A DNA stretch of 64,000 nucleotides from an uncultured Candidatus Micrarchaeota archaeon. GTDB taxonomy: Archaea > Micrarchaeota > Micrarchaeia > Anstonellales > Bilamarchaeaceae. The stretch is from positions 1,376,001 to 1,440,000 of the forward strand of contig OY970229.1 in NCBI GenBank assembly GCA_963714085.1. The letters run 5' to 3'. Both the position numbers and the translations under genes were made by a program. Below, piece by piece: positions 8,258 to 18,196 of the stretch. Position 1 is the first letter of the stretch, and every line of letters starts with the position of its first letter. The notes under the pieces are model-generated. The model searched no databases, was not told the DNA's origin, and saw nothing but the letters and a program-made list of their open reading frames with translations.

Positions 8258-8820
8258 CGATGAACACCATAAGGCGCCTCGCCTCGGACATACTCGGCGT
8301 CGGCCAGCTCAAGGTCAGGATAAGCCCGGATGGCGTCAAGGAGGCCGAGAAGGCCATGACGCGCTCGGATGTCAGGGAGCTCATACACAAGGGCATAATC
8401 ACCAAGGCGCCCATCCGAGGCAGGCGGACGAAGGAACGCCGCAGGCGCAGGAGCACGGGAAGCAGGAAGGGAACCGCCAAGACCAGGGCCGGCGGAAAGG
8501 CCGTCTGGATGGAGAAGGTCAGGTCCCAGAGGGCGTTCCTCAAGCAGCTGCTCGCGGAGAACGCCTTCGAGCCCAAGCACAAGCGCATACTCTACATGAG
8601 GATAAAGTCCGGTCTGTTCAGGAGCAAGAGGGCTTTCCTCGCGTACCTGAAGGACAACGGGCTCACGAAGCAGGAATACGAGCCGAAGAAGAAGGAATGG
8701 GTGCCCAAGGCCAAGCCGATGAAGCAGGTGCAAAAGGCCCAGAAACCGGTCACACCGACGGCCAGGGCTGCGAAGCCCGCTGCAAGCCCGGCGATCCCAA
8801 AGGAGGCGAATAGGTCATGA
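8254..8820 (+). CDS. rpl19e: 50S ribosomal protein L19e with a C-terminal tail
   Basis: RRLASDILGVG..TRSDVRELI..GSRKG..WM.KVR.QR. Confidence 0.97.
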   Translation: MTMNTIRRLASDILGVGQLKVRISPDGVKEAEKAMTRSDVRELIHKGIITKAPIRGRRTKERRRRRSTGSRKGTAKTRAGGKAVWMEKVRSQRAFLKQLLAENAFEPKHKRILYMRIKSGLFRSKRAFLAYLKDNGLTKQEYEPKKKEWVPKAKPMKQVQKAQKPVTPTARAAKPAASPAIPKEANRS

Positions 8821-9311
8821 CCACAGCTAAAAGCCCCATCTACAGGGTGGGTTTCAGGAGGAGGCGCGAGGGCAGGACTAACTACAGGAAGAGGCTCGCG
8901 CTTGTGAAATCCGGCAAGGTCCGGATGGTGGTGCGGCGCAGCAACAAGTACGTCACGGTGCAGTTCATCAGCTTCGACCCAGCCGGGGACAGGACGCTGC
9001 TCACGGTGGACGGGCCGAAATTGTCCAAGCTGTTCAAGTGGCCCGCGAAGAGGAACGCATGGAGCGCCTACCTCACGGGGCTGTACGCCGGCAAGGAGGC
9101 CGCGAAGAAGGGAGTGAAGGAGTTCGTGCTCGACACCGGCGCCTACACGGCGTCCAAGGGCAACATCGTGTTCGCGGCGCTCAAAGGCGCGATAGACGCG
9201 GGGCTGAGCACCAGCTTCCAGGAGGAGATGGTGCCGACGCAGAAGCTGCAGAACCCGCCGGATGCGATGAAGGAGGCGTTCGGGAACGCGAAGCGCATGA
9301 TACTGGGATGA
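8817..9311 (+). CDS. rpl18: 50S ribosomal protein L18 (uL18)
   Basis: FRRRREGRTNYRKRL..AYLTG..FAALKGAIDAGL. Confidence 0.97.
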   Translation: MTTAKSPIYRVGFRRRREGRTNYRKRLALVKSGKVRMVVRRSNKYVTVQFISFDPAGDRTLLTVDGPKLSKLFKWPAKRNAWSAYLTGLYAGKEAAKKGVKEFVLDTGAYTASKGNIVFAALKGAIDAGLSTSFQEEMVPTQKLQNPPDAMKEAFGNAKRMILG

Positions 9312-9315
9312 TGCT

Positions 9316-9954
9316 ATGGCTGAGAAACTCAAGAAATCCGACATCGGCGCCTGGGAGCCCAGGAGCGTGGTCGGCAAGATGGTGAAGTCCGGCGAGATAA
9401 CCACGCTGGAGCAGATCATGGAGATGGGCCGCCCCATACTCGAGCCCGAGATAGTCGACACGCTTCTGTCCGAGCTGGACGCGGAGACGCTCCAGATAAA
9501 GACCACGCAGAGGGTTACGGACTCGGGCAAGAGGACGAAGTTCCGCGTCGTCATGGTGGTCGGCGACAGGAAGGGGCACGTGGGCGTCGGCGTGGGCAAG
9601 TCCGAGGAGGTAAAGCCCGCGATGGAATACGCCGTCCGCGAGGCCAAGAAGAACATGATCGCGATCTCCATGGGCTGCGGCTCGTGGGAGTGCAGGTGCG
9701 CCAACAGGCATTCCGTGCCCAGCAAGATCGCGGGCAAGGAGGGCAGCACGATAATAACGCTGAGGCCGGCTCCGAGGGGGCTGGGCCTGGCCGGCAACGC
9801 GGTGGTGCGCAAGGTGCTCACCATGGCGGGAGTGCAGGACGTGTGGAGCGCCATGAGCGGCGGACGCAACGTCTACAACATGGCCATGGCGACGATGCAC
9901 GCGCTGGACAACCTGAACACGCTGAAGCCGATGCCGGGGAGTGAGTCAGTATGA
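9316..9954 (+). CDS. rps5: 30S ribosomal protein S5 (uS5)
   Basis: ILEPEIVD..GCGSWEC.C..HS.P..PAPRGLGL. Confidence 0.98.
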   Translation: MAEKLKKSDIGAWEPRSVVGKMVKSGEITTLEQIMEMGRPILEPEIVDTLLSELDAETLQIKTTQRVTDSGKRTKFRVVMVVGDRKGHVGVGVGKSEEVKPAMEYAVREAKKNMIAISMGCGSWECRCANRHSVPSKIAGKEGSTIITLRPAPRGLGLAGNAVVRKVLTMAGVQDVWSAMSGGRNVYNMAMATMHALDNLNTLKPMPGSESV

Positions 9955-10310
9955 CCGACAGGATGGCGATAATACGGATAAGGGGCAGGCACAACCTGAA
10001 GCCCGATACGAAACGGACGCTCGAGCTGCTGAGGCTGGAGAGGCCGAACCACTGCGTGGTCATGGAGCCCTCGCCACAGACGATGGGCATGCTCAACGTC
10101 ATAAAGGACTACGTGACCTTCGGCAAGATAAGCGAGGCCACGCTCGCGGCGCTGCTCGCAAAGCGCGGGGCAGGGGCCAAGGAGCCCAAAGGGGTCGTAT
10201 TCCGGCTGAGCCCGCCGAGGAAAGGCATAAAGGACATAAAGCAGCCGTGGCCCTCGGGCGCGCTGGGCGCCAGGGACGACATGGACATATTCATAAAGAA
10301 GATGATGTAA
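9951..10310 (+). CDS. rpl30: 50S ribosomal protein L30 (uL30)
   Basis: IIRIRG..TL.LLRL..GML..KDYVTFG..FRLSPPRKG. Confidence 0.96.
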   Translation: MTDRMAIIRIRGRHNLKPDTKRTLELLRLERPNHCVVMEPSPQTMGMLNVIKDYVTFGKISEATLAALLAKRGAGAKEPKGVVFRLSPPRKGIKDIKQPWPSGALGARDDMDIFIKKMM

Positions 10311-10323
10311 CGTCGTGGTTCAT

Positions 10324-10758
10324 ATGGTGGCAAGAAGGAAAAGCAGGCAGAAATCCGGATACCTGGGCAGGAGGCGTTTCGGCTCCGGGGACGTGAAGAA
10401 CAAGAGGGGCAGCGGCAACAGGGGCGGCAGGGGCAATGCCGGCATGTGCAAGCACAAGTCCACGTGGGCGGTGAAATACTCGCCAGGATACTTCGGCAAG
10501 CTCGGCTTCGTGAACCCCACCAGCAAGACCATCCCGGTGTTCCATCTCTACGACATAAACCAGCGGGCGCTCACGAACAGGCTCCAGAAGAAGGAGGGCA
10601 AGTTCTATTTCGAGTTCGTGGGGAAGATCCTCTCGACCGGAAAGGTGACAGTCCCGCTGCACATAAAGGCGCTCAGCTGGAGCAAGAACGTGGAGGAGAA
10701 GCTCAAGCAGGCCGGCGGCATGATAGAGAAGCTCGGGGCGGCGGCGCAAGGTATATAA
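10324..10758 (+). CDS. rpl15: 50S ribosomal protein L15 (uL15)
   Basis: RGSGNRGGRGNAG..KH..YFGK.GF..KIL..EKLKQAGG. Confidence 0.96.
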   Translation: MVARRKSRQKSGYLGRRRFGSGDVKNKRGSGNRGGRGNAGMCKHKSTWAVKYSPGYFGKLGFVNPTSKTIPVFHLYDINQRALTNRLQKKEGKFYFEFVGKILSTGKVTVPLHIKALSWSKNVEEKLKQAGGMIEKLGAAAQGI

Positions 10759-10782
10759 GCATCAGCTTCAAAGAGGGTTCCC

Positions 10783-12189
10783 ATGGGAGTAATGGACATA
10801 CTTCATTCTGCAGCCCAGGTGCTTCCCGAGGTCAAGGCGCCTGACCAGCCTCCGAGCACCAAGGAGCGCATAATGTGGACCGGGACCGCGCTGATCCTGT
10901 TCTTCATCATGTACAACGTCGGATGCTTCGGTGTCGTGCGCAACGGCTCGGCCATCGATTTCCTCCAGACCATCACGGCGGCCAACATCGGGACCCTGCT
11001 CACGGCGGGCATAGGCCCCATAGTGCTCGCGTCCATATTCCTCCAGCTCTTCGTCGGGGCCGGCATCATCAACATGGACCTCAAGAACAAGGACGACAAG
11101 CAGAAGTTCCTCGAGGTGCAGAAGATACTCGCCATACTGCTCGCCTTCGGGGAGGCGGCCATATTCGTGCTGGGCGGGAGGACCACCATCACGCAGGTGG
11201 CAGGGCTCCCGCTGGCGTCCATCCAGCTCCTGGTCATACTCCAGATCGGGATGGGCTCGGTGTTCATACTCTACCTGGACGAGATCGTCACAAAGTACGG
11301 CATAGGCTCGGGCATCAGCCTGTTCATCGCGGCCGGTGTTTCGCTCACCATAATAACGGGCTTCTTCGGCCTCATAGTCGGCACCAACGGGGTGATAAAC
11401 AGCGTGGTCGGAGGCGGCGCCGAGGGGCTCCCCAACGCCCTGATCGCGATGCTGCCCTTCATCTTCACGGTCGTCGTGTTCCTCGCGGTGGTCTTCGCGG
11501 AGAGCATAAAGGTGGAGATCCCGATCGCGTTCGAGCGGGTGCGCGGCATGGTGCCGAAGCTGCCGCTCAAGTACTTCTACGTGTCCAACATCCCGGTGAT
11601 ATTCGCCTCCGCGCTGCTGCTCAACATACAGCTCTTCGCGGGCGCGGCGCTGGTGCACGCCAACCTGCCTTTCATCGGCTTCGTGGACTCCAACAACATG
11701 CTCCGCGACGGGATATTGTATTTCATCACGCCGATATCGCAGGCCGGCGGGACGATAGCCAACTGGAACTTCATAACCAACGGGGTGACCCCGATATACG
11801 GGATACCTGAGTGGGTGCACGCCATAACCTACGCGCTGTTCCTCTCGCTCACCTCCGTGCTGTTCGGCCTGTTCTGGGTCGAGACCGCGAACATGGACGC
11901 CAAATCCGTGGCAGAGCAGCTCTCCTCCTCCGGGCTCCAGATACCCGGATTCAGGCGCGACCCGAGGATGCTGGAGACCATACTGAACAAGCACATACTC
12001 CCGCTCACGGTGCTCGGCTCATTCTCCGTCGGCCTTCTGGCCAGCGTGGCGGACCTCACGGGCGCGCTGGGGACGGGAACTGGGATACTGCTTTCCGTAG
12101 GCATATACTACAGGATGTACGAGCAGCTGGAGCAGATGCGGGCGTTCGAGATGTACCCCGCGATAGGCAAGATGATCGGCACGTCGTGA
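10783..12189 (+). CDS. secY: Preprotein translocase subunit SecY
   Basis: GIGPIV.ASI.LQL, KYGIGSGISLFIAAG, YVSNIPVI, IPGFRRDPR, GTGILL. Confidence 0.99.
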   Translation: MGVMDILHSAAQVLPEVKAPDQPPSTKERIMWTGTALILFFIMYNVGCFGVVRNGSAIDFLQTITAANIGTLLTAGIGPIVLASIFLQLFVGAGIINMDLKNKDDKQKFLEVQKILAILLAFGEAAIFVLGGRTTITQVAGLPLASIQLLVILQIGMGSVFILYLDEIVTKYGIGSGISLFIAAGVSLTIITGFFGLIVGTNGVINSVVGGGAEGLPNALIAMLPFIFTVVVFLAVVFAESIKVEIPIAFERVRGMVPKLPLKYFYVSNIPVIFASALLLNIQLFAGAALVHANLPFIGFVDSNNMLRDGILYFITPISQAGGTIANWNFITNGVTPIYGIPEWVHAITYALFLSLTSVLFGLFWVETANMDAKSVAEQLSSSGLQIPGFRRDPRMLETILNKHILPLTVLGSFSVGLLASVADLTGALGTGTGILLSVGIYYRMYEQLEQMRAFEMYPAIGKMIGTS

Positions 12190-12193
12190 TGCG

Positions 12194-12724
12194 ATGATAA
12201 TAGCGTTGGGAGTTCCGGGCGCGGGCAAGACCACGGTCCTGAAGGCACTCAAAGGCGGCTACGAGGTCGTGAACTACGGGGACCTCATGCTTGAGATCGA
12301 GAAGAAGGAGTTCGGGGTAAAAGACCGCGACCACATGCGCAAGCTACCGATCGAGAAGCAGAAGAAGGCCCAGCGGCTGGTCGCGGAGGCGCTCGCGAAG
12401 ATGACGGGCAAGGTCATACTCGACACGCACTGCTCCGTGGCAACGCCTTCGGGTTATTACCCCGGGCTCCCGTTCGAGTTCCTCAAGCTCTGGAAGGTCG
12501 ACACCCTGGTCTATGTCACGGCGGACGTGGAGGAGCTCAAATCCAGGCGAGAGAACGACCCCACGAGGAAGCGCGACGTGGACGACATCAGCCTCCACGA
12601 CTCTTTGAACCGCTCCTACCTCGCGGCGTATTCCGCGTTCAGCGGCGCGCCCGCCGTCGTGATCTACAACCACAACGACCGGCTCGAGGAGGCAGTCTCC
12701 AAGTTCCAGGCGCTGCTCAGATGA
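12194..12724 (+). CDS. adkA: Archaeal adenylate kinase
   Basis: GVPGAGKTT, NYGD.M, DRD.MRKL, DTH..V.TP.GY.PGLP; located after secY. Confidence 0.95.
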   Translation: MIIALGVPGAGKTTVLKALKGGYEVVNYGDLMLEIEKKEFGVKDRDHMRKLPIEKQKKAQRLVAEALAKMTGKVILDTHCSVATPSGYYPGLPFEFLKLWKVDTLVYVTADVEELKSRRENDPTRKRDVDDISLHDSLNRSYLAAYSAFSGAPAVVIYNHNDRLEEAVSKFQALLR

Positions 12725-12727
12725 GCG

Positions 12728-13084
12728 TCATTTCAGCACGGATTTTATCGCCGGAATGAGCTCGGAGTAGAGCCCCGTCTTCTGGATGAATAGCAGCCCT
12801 GGGTAATCCCTGCGGAGCTCCTCGCCGACCACTATCGGGAGGTCGACGGCGCTGAGCACTATCAGCGGTATATTTATCCCCCTCTTCTTGATCTCCTTGA
12901 GCACCGCCCGGCCCGACACCTTGGGCATTATGAGGTCCAGCAGCAGCAGGTCGAACCCGCCGAGCATGTCCACGCCTGCCATCGCGTCCAGCGTGTACTC
13001 GGCCTCGTAGCCCTCCTTCCTCAGGAACATCTTTATGCTCTCGGCGACGTCCGGCTCATCCTCTATTATCAATATCCTTTTCAT
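12728..13084 (-). CDS. Stand-alone response regulator receiver protein
   Basis: ILIIEDE, LLLLDLIMP..SG, VLSA, FIQK. Confidence 0.92.
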   Translation of the reverse strand: MKRILIIEDEPDVAESIKMFLRKEGYEAEYTLDAMAGVDMLGGFDLLLLDLIMPKVSGRAVLKEIKKRGINIPLIVLSAVDLPIVVGEELRRDYPGLLFIQKTGLYSELIPAIKSVLK

Positions 13085-15014
13085 ATTTCACACCTGATTT
13101 CGGAATCACGATCCTGAATGCGCTGCCCCTCCCCTCTTCGGCATGGTACTCTATCCTCCCGCCCATCTTCCTGGCTATCTCGCTGGACAGCGCCAGGCCG
13201 ATGCCGGAGCCGGGCGCGTCCGGGTTCTCCTTGAAGAATTTCCCGAAGACCTTGGCGCGGTTCTCCGGCATGATGCCCACCCCGGTGTCCGAGACCGTTA
13301 TCGCCATGGAGCCGCCCTCCTCGCTCCATTGCACCTTGATCTTCCCCTTCTCGGTGAATTTAACGGCGTTGCTCAGGAAATTGCTCACCACCATCGCGAG
13401 CAGGTGCGGGTCGCAATGCACCGACAGCTTCGGCCCCCCGACCTCCAGCATGAGCCGCTTGGAGCGTATGAGCGGGAGGTACTCCTCTACCACGCCTGCC
13501 ACAAGCTCGCCGAGCACGACCTTCTCCCGGTGCACGGATACCGCTTCCAGGTTGGTCACCTGCATTATCTGCTCTATGGAGCGGCTCAGGCGCTGCGCGT
13601 TCCTCCACATCAGGTCGTAGGACCGGATCGAGTTCACGTCGCTGCCGCGCCCGTCGCGCCGTATCATGTCCAGGTGGAGCAGGATGACGCTGAGCGGGGT
13701 CTTGAGCTCGTGCGTGATGTCCGCGATGAAGCGGTCCCTGGCGCGGGAGAGCGCCTCCACCTTGTCCTTCTCCCGGACCAGCTCCATGTCGCTTACGGTC
13801 TGCTTGGTCACGTCGCGGATGCTCTCTATGACGCCTACCAGCCTGCCCTCGGCGTCGTGTATGGGTTTCGCCGTCACCCACTCGTAACCCGGCTTCCCCC
13901 GGTTGAGATGGGGGACGAAATTCCTCGCGACCAGCATGTCGCCAACCTTTTCAATAGAATCGTAAAGCTTGCTCTCCTCCCAACCTGGGTTGAGGATGAA
14001 TTCGGCTACGACCGCCCTCTTCCGCCCATATAGGTGCTGGCCTAGCAAGCTGCTGCTTTTGCCGAGCATGCGGCCCTCGCTGAGGCCCGTCAGCTCGGCC
14101 ATGGCGTCGTTCCACAGGGTTATCTTCCCGTCCGTATTCAGCGCGAACGTCGGGTCTGGGAGGAATTCGAGGAGCTGGCGAAGGCGGTTCTGGGATTCTA
14201 TGACGCTGTTTTCCATCAGCTTCTTCTCCGTGATGTCCTCGATGAGCGCGAGGTAATCCCTCAGGCTGCCGTCGTCATTGCGTATGGTGGATACGTTCAC
14301 GGAAGCCCAGACCGTGCCGCCGCCCTTCTGGACGTACCTTTTCTCGGTCCTATAAAGATCGATATCCCCCCTGGTCAGGCGTTTTATCTGGATTATGTCC
14401 CTTGCCAGGTCGTCGGGATGGGTTATCATCTTGAAATCCATATCCCTGAGTTCGCTCTCCCGATAGCGGAGTATCCTGCAGGCCGCGGGGTTCACTTTCA
14501 CGAATTTGAAATCCGGGTGGGCAAGAAGCATCCCCACCGGGCTGTGCTCGAAGACTCTTCGGAAACGCGTCTCGCTCTCCCGCAGCTGCCGCTCCGCCTC
14601 CCTCCTTTGTGTCACGTCCTCGCCGCTGCTGAGCGAGTAGACGAACCTGCCCTCCTGCATCACGCTGATGTTGTGCCAGGATATCAGCCGCTCCGTGCCT
14701 TTGCGGGTGAGCACCGGGTTCTCGAAGTGCTCCATTCCGTTCATCTTTCCGGATCTTATCTTCGCGAAGCCGCTGAGCACCTCTTTCCTGGCACGTTTTG
14801 GTACGAATCTCCTGAACCAGTCCTTGCCTACGATCTCGCGCTCTTTATACCCGAGCAATTCGCACCCTTTCCTGTTGATGAGCAGCACTTTCCCGTTCGT
14901 GTCCAGGGCGACCACGATCACGCCGACGAGGTCCAGGTACCTCTTTATCCGGTCCTTCTCATCGATGATGTCCAGCTTCCTGCATTCCGTCGTCTTCTTG
15001 CTGGTAGCCCCCAA
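13056..15014 (-). CDS. Cytoplasmic sensor histidine kinase with three PAS/PAC domains
   Basis: PAS motifs (..EDVT, HPDD..EDITE, RDVT); H-box ITHELKTPL; N-box NAVKFT; G-boxes DTGVGI and GSGIGLA. Confidence 0.95.
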   Translation of the reverse strand: MGATSKKTTECRKLDIIDEKDRIKRYLDLVGVIVVALDTNGKVLLINRKGCELLGYKEREIVGKDWFRRFVPKRARKEVLSGFAKIRSGKMNGMEHFENPVLTRKGTERLISWHNISVMQEGRFVYSLSSGEDVTQRREAERQLRESETRFRRVFEHSPVGMLLAHPDFKFVKVNPAACRILRYRESELRDMDFKMITHPDDLARDIIQIKRLTRGDIDLYRTEKRYVQKGGGTVWASVNVSTIRNDDGSLRDYLALIEDITEKKLMENSVIESQNRLRQLLEFLPDPTFALNTDGKITLWNDAMAELTGLSEGRMLGKSSSLLGQHLYGRKRAVVAEFILNPGWEESKLYDSIEKVGDMLVARNFVPHLNRGKPGYEWVTAKPIHDAEGRLVGVIESIRDVTKQTVSDMELVREKDKVEALSRARDRFIADITHELKTPLSVILLHLDMIRRDGRGSDVNSIRSYDLMWRNAQRLSRSIEQIMQVTNLEAVSVHREKVVLGELVAGVVEEYLPLIRSKRLMLEVGGPKLSVHCDPHLLAMVVSNFLSNAVKFTEKGKIKVQWSEEGGSMAITVSDTGVGIMPENRAKVFGKFFKENPDAPGSGIGLALSSEIARKMGGRIEYHAEEGRGSAFRIVIPKSGVKYEKDIDNRG

Positions 15015-15076
15015 TCAAACACCCTTTTCCCTATCCCTCTGAACCATTTAAATCTCTTCCACTTATTACCTTGTCC

Positions 15077-16354
15077 ATGATCTCCATCCATCTCATACGG
15101 GAGGACCCGGAACTGGTACGGAAAATGCTCAAAGACAGGAACTACCCCCAGGAAGCGCTGACCGTGCTCTCCAACGTGATAGCGCTGGACGCCACCTGGC
15201 GCAGCCGCAAGAAGGAGGAGGAGGACCTGCGCGCCGAGAGGAACAAGCTCAACAACGGGATAATCAACGCGAAGAAGGCCGGAAAGAGCGCGGAATCCGA
15301 GATAAAGCGCTCGGGCGAGATAAGCGGGCGCGTCAAGGAGATAACCGAGGAGACGGCCGTTCTGGAGAAGGAGATAGAGGGCCTCATGCTCACGCTCCCG
15401 AACATCCCGGACAAGTCCGTCCCCGTGGGCCTGAACGAGACGCAGAACCCGGAGGTCAGGAGGCACGGGGAGCCGCAGAAGCGCAGCACCGACGTGATCG
15501 ACCATCACGCCTTCGGCGAGCGGAGCGGGCTCATAGACTTCGAGCGCGGGGTCAAGCTGGCCGGGCACAGGTTCACGGTGCTCAAAGGCCCGGTCGCGCG
15601 GCTCGAGCGCGCCCTCATCAACTTCATGCTCAACGTGCAGACCTCCAGCGGCTACACCGAGTTCGCGCCCCCCTACATGGTGAACACGAAGACGATCACG
15701 AACACGGGCCAGCTCCCGAAGTTCGCGTTCGACCAGTACAAGGTCGAGGGCGAGGACCTCTGGCTGGTCCCCACGGCGGAAGTCCCGCTCACGAACATCT
15801 ACGCCGGCGAGGTCATCGAAGAGGCGAAGCTCCCGATCAAGCTCACAGCGTACACCCCATGCTTCCGCAGGGAGGCGGGCGCATACGGCAAGGACATCCG
15901 CGGGCTCATCCGCCAGCACCAGTTCGACAAGGTGGAGCTGGTGAAGCTCGCGCACCCCGAGCGCTCCTTCGCGGAGCTGGAGTTCATGACCAAGGACGCG
16001 GAGCGCATACTCCAGCTGCTCGGCCTCCCCTACAGGGTCATAGAGCTGTGCACCGGGGACATGGGCTTCTCCAGCGCCAAGACCTACGACATCGAGGTGT
16101 GGCTCCCGAGCCAGGACTGCTACCGCGAGATATCGTCCTGCTCCAACTGCACGGACTTCCAGGCCAGGCGCGCGAACATAAAGTACAGGAGCGCCGACGG
16201 CGGGCTCGAGCTCGTGCACACGCTCAACGGCTCCGGGCTCGCGGTGGGACGCACGCTCGTCGCGATACTCGAGAACTTCCAGGAGGACAAGAGGACCGTG
16301 GTCGTGCCGAAACCGCTGCGCGAGCTCGCTGGCTTCGACACCATAGAGCTCTGA
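15077..16354 (+). CDS. serS: Serine--tRNA ligase (bacterial/eukaryotic type)
   Basis: LPNIP, TGQLPKF, PTAEVP, CFRREAG..RQHQFDKVE, EISSCSN, HTLNGSGLA. Confidence 0.98.
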   Translation: MISIHLIREDPELVRKMLKDRNYPQEALTVLSNVIALDATWRSRKKEEEDLRAERNKLNNGIINAKKAGKSAESEIKRSGEISGRVKEITEETAVLEKEIEGLMLTLPNIPDKSVPVGLNETQNPEVRRHGEPQKRSTDVIDHHAFGERSGLIDFERGVKLAGHRFTVLKGPVARLERALINFMLNVQTSSGYTEFAPPYMVNTKTITNTGQLPKFAFDQYKVEGEDLWLVPTAEVPLTNIYAGEVIEEAKLPIKLTAYTPCFRREAGAYGKDIRGLIRQHQFDKVELVKLAHPERSFAELEFMTKDAERILQLLGLPYRVIELCTGDMGFSSAKTYDIEVWLPSQDCYREISSCSNCTDFQARRANIKYRSADGGLELVHTLNGSGLAVGRTLVAILENFQEDKRTVVVPKPLRELAGFDTIEL

Positions 16355-16358
16355 TGGC

Positions 16359-17075
16359 ATGCGGCTTCTCAAGCGGCTCCCGGACGGCACAGAATACTTC
16401 TCAGATGAGCGGTTCATCTACGCGAAAAAGGGCCCTGACACCTTCAAGCTCGCCCTGTTCGAGAACGGATTCTACAGGCTGCGGCTCTTCAACGGAATCC
16501 CGATACTTGAGATAGACGGCTTGCGCATGCACCTGGTGAAGGACTTCAAGAGCCCCCTGGATTACTCCAAAGCCGTGGTGCGCAAGCTGGGATTGAAACC
16601 TAAGGAGCGCGTGCTGGACACCTGCATGGGCCTGGGATACACCGCCATCGCCGCGTCGCACGCCGCGGGCAAGGTCGTCACCTGCGAGATCAGCCAGGCG
16701 GTCTTCACGCTGGCGGAATGGAACCCATGGAGCGCGGAGCTCTTCAAAAGCGACAGGATAGAGGCCATGCTCGGCGACATCTCGCAGAGGATAAGGGAGT
16801 TCCCCGCATCATCTTTCGACGTCATCATCCATGACCCGCCCCGCTTCTCGAAGGCAGGGGAGCTCTACTCCCTCGCGTTCTACATGGAGCTGCGGCGCGT
16901 CATGAAGGACAACGGCAGGCTCTTCCACTATGTCGGCTCGGTCGGCAAGGGAAAAGGGAGAAATATCGCGGAAGAGGTCTCCGGGCGCCTGGAGCGGGCC
17001 GGCTTCTCCAGGATCACTTACGACCGGCTGGCACAAGGCGTGTTTGCCCTGGCTTCCGTTTCGCGGCGGAGATGA
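16359..17075 (+). CDS. Archaeal SAM-dependent methyltransferase (COG2521-like)
   Basis: LEIDGLRMH, VLDTCMGLGYTA, NPWS, IHDPPRFS.AGELYS. Confidence 0.88.
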   Translation: MRLLKRLPDGTEYFSDERFIYAKKGPDTFKLALFENGFYRLRLFNGIPILEIDGLRMHLVKDFKSPLDYSKAVVRKLGLKPKERVLDTCMGLGYTAIAASHAAGKVVTCEISQAVFTLAEWNPWSAELFKSDRIEAMLGDISQRIREFPASSFDVIIHDPPRFSKAGELYSLAFYMELRRVMKDNGRLFHYVGSVGKGKGRNIAEEVSGRLERAGFSRITYDRLAQGVFALASVSRRR

Positions 17076-18192
17076 TGCACGCGAGCTCCATGGGCGGGAA
17101 CACTTTCCTGACCGAGCGTTCCAAGTGCAGGAACCCCCTGTAGTTGGCGCGCAATTCCTCGGAATCGGTGACGAATCCGGCAGACTCCATCTTGTCGAGC
17201 CGGTCCTTGAGCGACTCGAATGCCTCGAGGAAGTATATCCGCGAGCTTTTCTTGAACCCCTTGGTCTCCTTTGCGAGCGCGCCTATGTATTTCACCACCA
17301 GCGCATTCGCATCCCTCTGCTCGGGCGTGAGCTTGGCATCGTATCTTGCTTTTTCGTCCTCCCGTATCCCGAAGACGCTCTGGAAAAGCTCTATCTTCTC
17401 TGTAGGCGCGCCGAGTACGTGCAGCACGGACAACGCGTATGTCGGGCTCTCGAACAGGGTGGTGAACCAGTCGCCCGTGACCATCACCCCTTCCTCGGCC
17501 AGGCTGTTGTTGAGGTGTGTGAGGTAATCGGGAAAGGATATGTGATGGAACACGGCGTTGGACAGGATCATGTCGAACATCGAGTCTTTGAGAAGAGGGA
17601 TGTGCCCGCACAGGTCGGAACGCACCAGCGTGTAGCTGTCGCTCTTGGGCGCGAGCTCATGGCGCCTGAGGCGCTTCTGAGCCTTTGCCAGGCGCTGCAT
17701 GGAAGGCTCGATGAGATAGAACGTGCAGCAGGACGCGAGCTTCCGCAGTGCGGGGTCGTCGCTCATCCTGTCCAGCAGCGCGATGATGGTGTCCCCGGTC
17801 CCGGTCCCGACCTCGGCTATCCTGAACGGCCTGTTCTTGCTGAATCTGGCTCCCTGCTCTAGCTTCGCTGACATTATGCTGTCTGCCTCGGCGGCCACCA
17901 TGTCGTCGAGGTCCTGGTTCCCGTGCGGCACTACGGATATGGTCGCGGTCTCAATCGCCCTGTTGGTCTTCCCGCTGCCGCCTTCCCACTCGTCGAAATA
18001 GCTCTTCTTCGACCTGCGTTTTACCGATTTTATGTTATTTTTGCTGATGTCGACGCCCCAGTTGGGCAGGTACTGGCATGCTATGCGGGACAGGCTGCCT
18101 GCATTCAGGCCTAAGTCGGCAGTGATGTCCCTGAGCCATCTGTCCAGCTCTGCGAGCCGTTTCATGCCGCTCCTGAACCCATCCTGCCCCAT
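17014..18192 (-). CDS. Class I SAM-dependent methyltransferase
   Basis: IAEVGTGTG motif I, LIEPS, FDMILSNAVFHH, GDW. Confidence 0.82.
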   Translation of the reverse strand: MGQDGFRSGMKRLAELDRWLRDITADLGLNAGSLSRIACQYLPNWGVDISKNNIKSVKRRSKKSYFDEWEGGSGKTNRAIETATISVVPHGNQDLDDMVAAEADSIMSAKLEQGARFSKNRPFRIAEVGTGTGDTIIALLDRMSDDPALRKLASCCTFYLIEPSMQRLAKAQKRLRRHELAPKSDSYTLVRSDLCGHIPLLKDSMFDMILSNAVFHHISFPDYLTHLNNSLAEEGVMVTGDWFTTLFESPTYALSVLHVLGAPTEKIELFQSVFGIREDEKARYDAKLTPEQRDANALVVKYIGALAKETKGFKKSSRIYFLEAFESLKDRLDKMESAGFVTDSEELRANYRGFLHLERSVRKVFPPMELACIISAAKRKPGQTRLVPAGRK

Positions 18193-18196
18193 AGTA

